A model generated the notes under the pieces. It did no database searches. It was not told the origin of the DNA and saw nothing but the letters and a program-made list of their open reading frames with translations. The position numbers were made by a program, and so were the translations under genes. Shown here piece after piece: positions 8,738-14,893 of a DNA stretch of 23,127 nt. The stretch spans positions 1 through 23,127 of the forward strand of contig JBDRIG010000093.1 in assembly GCA_043816185.1 (NCBI GenBank). The letters run 5' to 3'. Positions within the stretch are counted from its first letter, which is position 1, and each line of letters begins with the position of its first letter. The DNA is from Elusimicrobiota bacterium (GTDB taxonomy: Bacteria; Elusimicrobiota; UBA8919).

Positions 8738-10895
8738 AATCTGTATCTTGTTGTATCGAAAACCGACTTCGATACCGATTAAATCCGCGTCTATGTTTGG
8801 AGCGGAGCGTTTATGCTCATACGTCTTGACTATTTTTACATTGTTATTATTAAATGGATTTGTTACAGCAGTAGACAATAAAATGTTAATTATGCTCTCT
8901 TCGTCTGGATATAATGGTGGTAGCGGATTTATTGACGAAGCAAGAAGTGTTGCTACAGATTCGCAAGATAATATTATTGTTGTTGGTAAAAGCAACGACA
9001 ATCTTTCTATTGTAAAATATAACAAAAGTTTAATGCAGATTAATTCCAAAATAGAAATTACAACAGGAACGGGACGTGGTGTCACGACGGATAAACTTGA
9101 TAACATTATCGTTATAAGTGAAAAAAGTAATATTCAAGGAATTATAAGTTATTACACTATAAAATATGATTCAGGCTTAAACGTTATTTCTTCTACTACC
9201 TACAGTCAGGTTAGTATTAACAATATGCCTTCTGCGGTAGCGATAGACAACGAAGATAATATAATTGTTACGGGTTATAGTTCTGACGGAGCAACGCTGA
9301 GCTGGGTTACAATAAAATACGATAAAGATTTGAGGGAAATTTCCTCAGTGATTTACGACAGTGGTTGGGATGATAGAGCTACAAGTTTAGCAATAGATAG
9401 CCAGAACAATATAATTGTTTCAGGTTATAGTTCTGACGGAGCAACGCTGAATTGGGTTACAAAAAAGTATGACAAAAATCTAAATGAAATATTTTCAGTA
9501 ATTTATGACAGTGGCGGAATTGACATATCTAATGCTGTGGCAATAGATAGCCAGGACAATATAATTGTTTCGGGCTATAGTTTTGACGGAGCAACGCTGA
9601 ATTGGGTTACAAAAAAGTATGATAAAGATTTAAAAGAAATTTCCTCAGTAATTTATGACAGTGGCGGAATTGACATATCTAATGCTGTGGTAATAGATAG
9701 TAGAGATAATATAAGTGTTACAGGATACACAGACAATGAAGGTACATATGATTATCACACAATAAAATATGACAAAGATCTAAATAAAATATCTTCAGGA
9801 ACTTACAATGGGGGTGGAATCGACATATCTAATGCCGCAGCAATAGATAGTCAAGACAATATAATTGTTTCAGGTAAGAGTGCAGATGATTTTTTTACTA
9901 TAAAATATCTTGGGTCACCACAATTAACATCAGCATCAACTGGATATCAAGGGGAAACAATAGGTGTAATAATCGATGGAAGGAATTTCTATAACGGAGC
10001 AGTTGTTAAATTTGGCCATCAAGGAATTATTGTTTCTTCTTCTATGGAAATAATGTCCAACAGAATTTTCGCAAATGTAACTTTTTCTTCTTCCGTGCCA
10101 TTAGGAAAACATAGCATAGATGTTTCAAATATAGACGGTGAAACAACAACAAAATCAAACATTATTGAAGTGATGCGAAGAAAATTAATAAATTCGTTAA
10201 ACGATGAGGAAATCAATTCAGTGTTCGATACAGGAGAGATAGATTTATATATACCTGCTGGAACTTTTCTACAAGATTCCACGATGACAATTTCTTCAGT
10301 CGATAATGCTTTGCTGCAAAATGAAGGAATGTATACTTTTAGTGATGTATGTGTAAGAATTAATATTGAGCCACAAATTGTTTCTCAAAAAGAATTCATT
10401 TTAACCTTAAAATATCGCGATGAATACGTTGCTGGGTTAGACAAAAACCGTCTCGTTATTGTTTGGTATAGTTCTACAACCTTGAGTTGGTATGATATTC
10501 CATCAACTCAAAATATTGCCACTAACGAAGTTAGTTGTAAAACTAAAAACACTAATACCATATTTGCCTTAGCGACACTCCCACCTCTATACACTAATTT
10601 AAGTAATGTAAAGGCCTACCCTAATCCATATAAACCTGGCAGTAATGGGGATTTTGACAATACATCATTGGGTGAAGGGATGGTATTTTCAAATCTTACA
10701 CCAGAGTTTAATATAAAAATTTTTAATATTGCGGGGGAACTTGTTTTTGAATATGAAGGAGAATCAGATGTTTATGGAAATTATTTGTGGAATACAAAAA
10801 ATAATCAAGGTGCAAAATTACACAGTGGATTGTATATATATTTCATAAAAAATGATACACAACAAAAAAAAGGAAAAGTGTCTATAATTAGATGA
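8709..10895 (+). CDS. Secreted beta-propeller (SBBP/delta-60-like repeat) protein with IPT/TIG-like domain and T9SS type-A-like C-terminal sorting domain
   Basis: Start is 8709 or 8724. About 7 copies of 'AVAIDSQDNIIVSGYS......W.T.KYD.DL.EI...YDSGG.D'. IPT-like 'PQLTSASTGYQGETIGVIIDGRNF'. C-terminus 'VKAYPNPYKP...FSNL...IKIFNIAGELV...WNTKN...SGLYIYFI...KGKVSIIR*'. Confidence 0.8.
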   Translation: MIKIAMKIYKICILLYRKPTSIPIKSASMFGAERLCSYVLTIFTLLLLNGFVTAVDNKMLIMLSSSGYNGGSGFIDEARSVATDSQDNIIVVGKSNDNLSIVKYNKSLMQINSKIEITTGTGRGVTTDKLDNIIVISEKSNIQGIISYYTIKYDSGLNVISSTTYSQVSINNMPSAVAIDNEDNIIVTGYSSDGATLSWVTIKYDKDLREISSVIYDSGWDDRATSLAIDSQNNIIVSGYSSDGATLNWVTKKYDKNLNEIFSVIYDSGGIDISNAVAIDSQDNIIVSGYSFDGATLNWVTKKYDKDLKEISSVIYDSGGIDISNAVVIDSRDNISVTGYTDNEGTYDYHTIKYDKDLNKISSGTYNGGGIDISNAAAIDSQDNIIVSGKSADDFFTIKYLGSPQLTSASTGYQGETIGVIIDGRNFYNGAVVKFGHQGIIVSSSMEIMSNRIFANVTFSSSVPLGKHSIDVSNIDGETTTKSNIIEVMRRKLINSLNDEEINSVFDTGEIDLYIPAGTFLQDSTMTISSVDNALLQNEGMYTFSDVCVRINIEPQIVSQKEFILTLKYRDEYVAGLDKNRLVIVWYSSTTLSWYDIPSTQNIATNEVSCKTKNTNTIFALATLPPLYTNLSNVKAYPNPYKPGSNGDFDNTSLGEGMVFSNLTPEFNIKIFNIAGELVFEYEGESDVYGNYLWNTKNNQGAKLHSGLYIYFIKNDTQQKKGKVSIIR
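9240..9880 (+). repeat. 150-bp (50-codon) intragenic tandem repeat encoding propeller blades
   Basis: g(c/t)(g/a)ataga...(g/a)a(c/t)aatataa starts recur at 9240, 9390, 9540, 9690 and 9840; the 9390 and 9540 units are nearly identical. Confidence 0.9.
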
Positions 10896-12004
10896 AAAAT
10901 TATAATTTCCCAGTCGCTATTAGCTTAATCTTTTTTTTAATTACAAGTGCTGTTTTTTCGGCACAGTTTTTAAAAATAGGTATAGGGGCAAGACCCGTCG
11001 GTATGGGAGAAGCATTTACTGGATTATCAGACGATAGTTATGCTATTATATACAATCCCTCAGGATTATCGAAGATTAGTTATTTAGAACAAACTTTTAT
11101 GCACGGTATTTGGTTGGAAAATATAGGTATAAATTGGGCATCTGTCGTTCATCGTGTAACAAAGGTTGATACTATTGGCGTTGGTATAGAATATTTAACC
11201 AGTGGCGACATAGAAACGACTAATAAATATGGTAACAGTTTGGGTTTTTATGATATGTCAGACTTGATGTGTATATTATCTTATGCTAAAAAATTTAGAA
11301 ACATTTCAGTAGGTATAAATATTAAAACTTTTCAAGAAAAAATAGAAAACGAAAAAGCAAATGGAATGGCATTGGATATTGGCATGTTATTTAATTTGCA
11401 TAAATTACAATTAGGTATTGCTGCTCGCAATATTGGCAGTGGAATTAAATTTAGGGCAGTATCTGCACCGTTGCCATTGAATATACGATTAGGTGGGGCA
11501 TATAAAATTTTAGATAAGTTTTTAACTACTACGGATATCAGTTTTTATTCAGACAATAATAAACTTAACCTTCATCTTGGTGGAGAATATACTTATTATA
11601 AAATAAAAAATTTCATTTTTAATACTAGATTGGGATTTAATACAACCACCATTGGTTGTTTAGGTTTTTTATCAGGTTTATCTGCTGGTTTTGGGGTATA
11701 TCACAGTAATACTTGCATTGATTATGTATGGCAACCGTATGACTTTTTTGGTTCAACACATAGAATAAGTTTGACATGGAAATTTGATTCTAAAATAAAG
11801 AAAATAGAAATTGTAGGCAGAAAAACTGAATCTGAAATAAAAAATGTAGAAGATATGTATAAAGATGTAATTCAGTGGTATCAAAAAAAGATTTTAGTAG
11901 AAAATCTTTCAAAAAATGAACAGATAATAATTCTAAAAAGGATTATAGAAAAATTTGAACCCTTAGGCGTGGATGTTTCCGAAGTAAAAAGTGAATTAAA
12001 ATAG
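10892..12004 (+). CDS. PorV-like (UPF0164/FadL superfamily) outer-membrane beta-barrel with short helical C-terminal extension
   Basis: ATGA overlap with the upstream CTD protein. Signal peptide, then 'AQFLKIGIGARPVGMGEAFTGLSDDSYAIIYNPSGL', typical of PorV. Barrel end 'FGSTHRISLTWKF'. Confidence 0.8.
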   Translation: MKNYNFPVAISLIFFLITSAVFSAQFLKIGIGARPVGMGEAFTGLSDDSYAIIYNPSGLSKISYLEQTFMHGIWLENIGINWASVVHRVTKVDTIGVGIEYLTSGDIETTNKYGNSLGFYDMSDLMCILSYAKKFRNISVGINIKTFQEKIENEKANGMALDIGMLFNLHKLQLGIAARNIGSGIKFRAVSAPLPLNIRLGGAYKILDKFLTTTDISFYSDNNKLNLHLGGEYTYYKIKNFIFNTRLGFNTTTIGCLGFLSGLSAGFGVYHSNTCIDYVWQPYDFFGSTHRISLTWKFDSKIKKIEIVGRKTESEIKNVEDMYKDVIQWYQKKILVENLSKNEQIIILKRIIEKFEPLGVDVSEVKSELK

Positions 12005-12016
12005 ACTTCGTCGTAA

Positions 12017-12099
12017 GATTACGCAGATTGATAAAAAAGATTATATAAATACACCGTCGCGGCTTAATCTACATAATTCTGTTTATAATCTGTGAAATC
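12017..12099. repeat. Degenerate intergenic inverted repeat of the GATTACRCAGAT...ATCTGYGTAATC type
   Basis: gattacgcagatt (12017-12029) pairs with aatctgtgaaatc (12087-12099), with degenerate inner copies (gattatataaat, aatctacataat). Confidence 0.55.
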
Positions 12100-12129
12100 A
12101 TAATTTCTGTTAGTTTTTCAACAGAAATT

Positions 12130-12789
12130 ATGATAAATGGTATGATTTATATTCTTTTTATTTTCATTAATTTGGTATATGCCGAAAAACTTATCGATTC
12201 AGGAATTACAAAATACCTCGAGGGAGATCTTGTGTCAGCGGCTTCAACGTGGAATCAAGTTTTAATTAATGAACCTGATAATTTAGTTCTAAAAGAATTA
12301 GTAGGTAACTGCGATATTACTCTTGGTAAAGAAGCACTATTTAATAAGGATTATCAAACAGCATCTTTACATTTTAAGAATGCATGTAGCGTGTTGTCTG
12401 AAAATAAATGCAATTATTTAAGATCACTTATTTTTCTAACGGAGATAGAAAATAATTTTCCAACGGGGGATGAAATTCTTTATAAAGATATTTTAGAGTT
12501 AGATATAAAAAACGAAAAATGGAAAAATTTTGATCTAATATTTGCCAATAAAAAAATTGTTCAAACGACTACAAAATTCACTCAGCCAATGACACAGGAA
12601 AAATTTATTATACATTATATTTCTTACAACGAAACCTTTGAAACAATTGCGGAAAAATATTATAAAAATCATAATCTTTGGGAAAAGATATGGAAAAACA
12701 ATCCACACATTGAAAATCCACACAGACTTTTTGTGGGAGATAAGATTTTAGTTCCTATAGATCCAAATAATTCAGGAGGTGTAAAATGA
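12130..12789 (+). CDS. Exported TPR + LysM peptidoglycan-binding protein
   Basis: Signal-like N-terminus (…LVYA-E). TPR-like 'GITKYLEGDLVSAASTWNQVLINEPDN'. C-terminal LysM 'HYISYNETFETIAEKYYKNHNLWEKIWKNNPHIENPHRLFVGDKILVP'. Confidence 0.8.
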   Translation: MINGMIYILFIFINLVYAEKLIDSGITKYLEGDLVSAASTWNQVLINEPDNLVLKELVGNCDITLGKEALFNKDYQTASLHFKNACSVLSENKCNYLRSLIFLTEIENNFPTGDEILYKDILELDIKNEKWKNFDLIFANKKIVQTTTKFTQPMTQEKFIIHYISYNETFETIAEKYYKNHNLWEKIWKNNPHIENPHRLFVGDKILVPIDPNNSGGVK

Positions 12790-14165
12790 AAGTTGTTAAA
12801 TTTTTATCTATTCTATCTATTTTTTGTTTTGTTCTTGCTACTAATGTTCGGTCTTTAGATAAGACAGTAGCGGAGGTAGGTATTGAAGAAAGATTAAGGC
12901 AAACACTTACTTCGTACTTAGGGACACAAAATGTTATTGTAATAGTAAAAATCAAATTGTTTGGAAAAGAAGTTGAAGAAAAAACGGTTGGCAAAAAAAT
13001 TAGACGTTGGAACGAATTAGAAGAAATAATTTTACCAGGAGTTCCAGCAGCAACCGATATGATTAAAAAAACACCACTTGAAAAAGAAAAGTATCAAGGA
13101 ATAAAAAGTATATCTGTATCGGTTTTTATTGGGGAAAGTTTTCATGCGAAAACCATAGATGGAGCTAAAAAACTAATTTCAGATATGCTAAATCTAAATT
13201 TTAATACAGGTGATATACTAACTATCGAGAATTATAATGTACCAAAAAATTTCTCGAAATTATTTAAAATAAGTGAAATGATACCAATATTCGTAGCAGT
13301 TGTTTTACCTTTATTTTTTCTTGGAATTTTTTTTATAAGTAGATTTTTTATTAAAATAAACAGATTTTCTAAGGATTTAATCGAGGGTATATCTAAACAA
13401 AAAGTTGCAAGTGGAGTAGAAGCGATTGAAAGTATATCCGCAGGTATTGATAAAGCAGAAAAGTTACCATCACAACTTCGTATTGAAACTGGGGTATCGC
13501 AGGAGATCCAACAATTGTTTAGGTTTGTCAACGAAGATAATATTGAAGACATTAGAAAGATATTAAGTGAAGAATCGTCCGAAGCAATATACAAGATTTT
13601 GCATTATCTACCCACAAAGTTGGCATTTAGTGTTATTCCGGAAGAAAAGCAAAAAGAAGTTATCAAACACTTTATGAAAAAAGAATATACAACGCCCGAA
13701 GAAATAAAACAAATTGAAAATAAAATACGAATAAAACTTCAATATAATATTGGAGGAGCAGCAAAATTAGCTAAATTACTTCAAGGCAGTGGTAAAATTT
13801 CACAAGAAAATATAGTTGACATTTTAAAAAAGGGGGCACCTGAATTTGCATCTGAAGTGGAGGATAAATTATTTAAGTTTGAATATATTCTTGAATATGA
13901 TGAACTAAATTTAAAAAGGATATTTAGATCTGTCGGAGTTGATATTTTTGCACGATGTCTAAAAGATTGTTCTGAGGAAGTTATTAAAGAGTTTCATAAA
14001 AAATTGGGTCAAACAATAACTAATTTGATAAACGCGAAAATAAAAATTTTACCATCATTTGAAAATGAGGAAACAGACGCTAAATCCATATTGATGTTAA
14101 GCATAAAGAATTTAATGAAGAAAGAATTGATTCCAATATCAGAAAAGATTAAAAAAATGTTATAA
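12786..14165 (+). CDS. FliF-like ring-domain / TM / FliG-like (middle + C-terminal) fusion protein
   Basis: SD ggaggt and ATGA overlap. Periplasmic part 'EERLRQTLTSYLGTQNVIVIVKI...LPGVP...IKSISVSVFI...KKLISDMLNLNFNTGDILTIE' resembles the FliF C-terminal ring domain. TM at ~13278-13350. FliG-like 'ILSEESSEAIYKILHYLP', 'IGGAAKLAKLL', 'PEFASEVEDKLFKFEYILEYDELNLKRIFRSV'. Confidence 0.75.
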   Translation: MKVVKFLSILSIFCFVLATNVRSLDKTVAEVGIEERLRQTLTSYLGTQNVIVIVKIKLFGKEVEEKTVGKKIRRWNELEEIILPGVPAATDMIKKTPLEKEKYQGIKSISVSVFIGESFHAKTIDGAKKLISDMLNLNFNTGDILTIENYNVPKNFSKLFKISEMIPIFVAVVLPLFFLGIFFISRFFIKINRFSKDLIEGISKQKVASGVEAIESISAGIDKAEKLPSQLRIETGVSQEIQQLFRFVNEDNIEDIRKILSEESSEAIYKILHYLPTKLAFSVIPEEKQKEVIKHFMKKEYTTPEEIKQIENKIRIKLQYNIGGAAKLAKLLQGSGKISQENIVDILKKGAPEFASEVEDKLFKFEYILEYDELNLKRIFRSVGVDIFARCLKDCSEEVIKEFHKKLGQTITNLINAKIKILPSFENEETDAKSILMLSIKNLMKKELIPISEKIKKML

Positions 14166-14232
14166 CAAGAATGAAAAGATAGGATCAAGAATGAAGAAAT
14201 GGACAGACGATTTTTAGCGTTTTGTTGTTATT

Positions 14233-14349
14233 GCGACTGTGTCACAATGAGCTAAAAAGTTGCATTTTTATAGAAGATAGCAACTGATGGTAAAATATGG
14301 TACTGCAATTCAACACTAGATGGTAAAAGATGGATTGCGACACAGTCTG
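14233..14349. mobile_element. MITE copy 1 (~117 bp, non-autonomous, TIR GAGACTGTGTCRCAAT-like)
   Basis: TIRs gactgtgtcacaat (14235-14248) and attgcgacacagtc (14334-14347). The 113-bp core matches the reverse complement of 22916-23028 with 6 mismatches by manual alignment. Confidence 0.85.
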
Positions 14350-14567
14350 AATGACCAAAAGTAGAGCTATAACACAGTCTGATTGCGAACATTTTTCAGT
14401 AAAAACCATAGGATTCTGCTGATTGGCCTACCTATTCTAATCCTCGTTTTATTATCTCAAGCGGAAAACCAAGCCGTGCATCGCAATTTTCTCTCTCGCC
14501 AGGTGCAAGATGAAACAAAATCTTTTTGCTATCAAAGGTTATCACTACCTCGTTAAGTTCAGTTTGC

Positions 14568-14791
14568 CATTGTGGGCGACCTTGTCCGTCATTGTGGGCG
14601 AAGCGAAGCAATCTCGTCTTGTCCGTCGTGCCCCGCCCCCTGCCTGTCATCTCGACTGAAAGGAGAGATCTCTCTGTTTCGACTAGAAGAGATCCCTCGG
14701 TCGCTACGCTTCCTTGGGATGACAAGCGGGATTGCTACGGCTTCCTTCGGAAACCACGCAATAACCAAAAGTGGAGTTGTGACACAGTCTC
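14568..14791. repeat. Composite palindromic repeat: outer CGTCATTG...GCAATCTC / GGGATTGC...CAATAAC element containing a nested TGTCATC...GATGACA element, ending in a MITE-type TIR
   Basis: Outer arms at 14587-14615 and 14728-14765. Inner 80-bp imperfect palindrome at 14645-14724. TIR ttgtgacacagtctc at 14777-14791. GC-rich relative to the surroundings. Confidence 0.8.
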
Positions 14792-14856
14792 TACGACGAT
14801 TGAATCTTCCGTGTCCATCTGCGTCAACCTGTAACAGAGATTTTCAGCAAAAAAAC

Positions 14857-14884
14857 TTGATTTTTATTTTAAACTTTGTATAAT
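14857..14884 (+). promoter_or_regulatory. Putative sigma70 promoter of the bamA-lpx operon
   Basis: TTGATT (14857-14862), 16-nt spacer, TATAAT (14879-14884); bamA ATG at 14894. Confidence 0.6.
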
Positions 14885-14893
14885 CAAAATATT

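Noticed and set aside
9240..9880. Diversity-generating retroelement TR/VR pair
   Set aside because: The repeats are tandem in-frame protein blades, differences are not confined to adenines, and there is no reverse transcriptase.
6281..14165. Calling these canonical flagellar motB/fliF/fliG genes
   Set aside because: No motA, fliE, fliH/I, fliM/N or other flagellar genes are nearby and the architectures are atypical, so gene symbols were withheld.
14233..14791. CRISPR array suggested by recurring GACACAGTCT motifs
   Set aside because: The copies are in mixed orientation with irregular spacing, behave as terminal inverted repeats, and no cas genes are present.
14432..14883. Three overlapping ~100-aa ORFs (14432-14725, 14526-14834, 14572-14883)
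   Set aside because: They are translations of GC-rich palindromic repeats (e.g. RHCGRSEAIS, RLLRFAHND), which are stop-poor by composition.
33..14893. ORF-track starts at 33, 4564, 6227 and 14876
   Set aside because: The first gene is open from the window edge; the others have better ATG starts at 4603, 6281 and 14894 that give normal N-termini and avoid overlaps.
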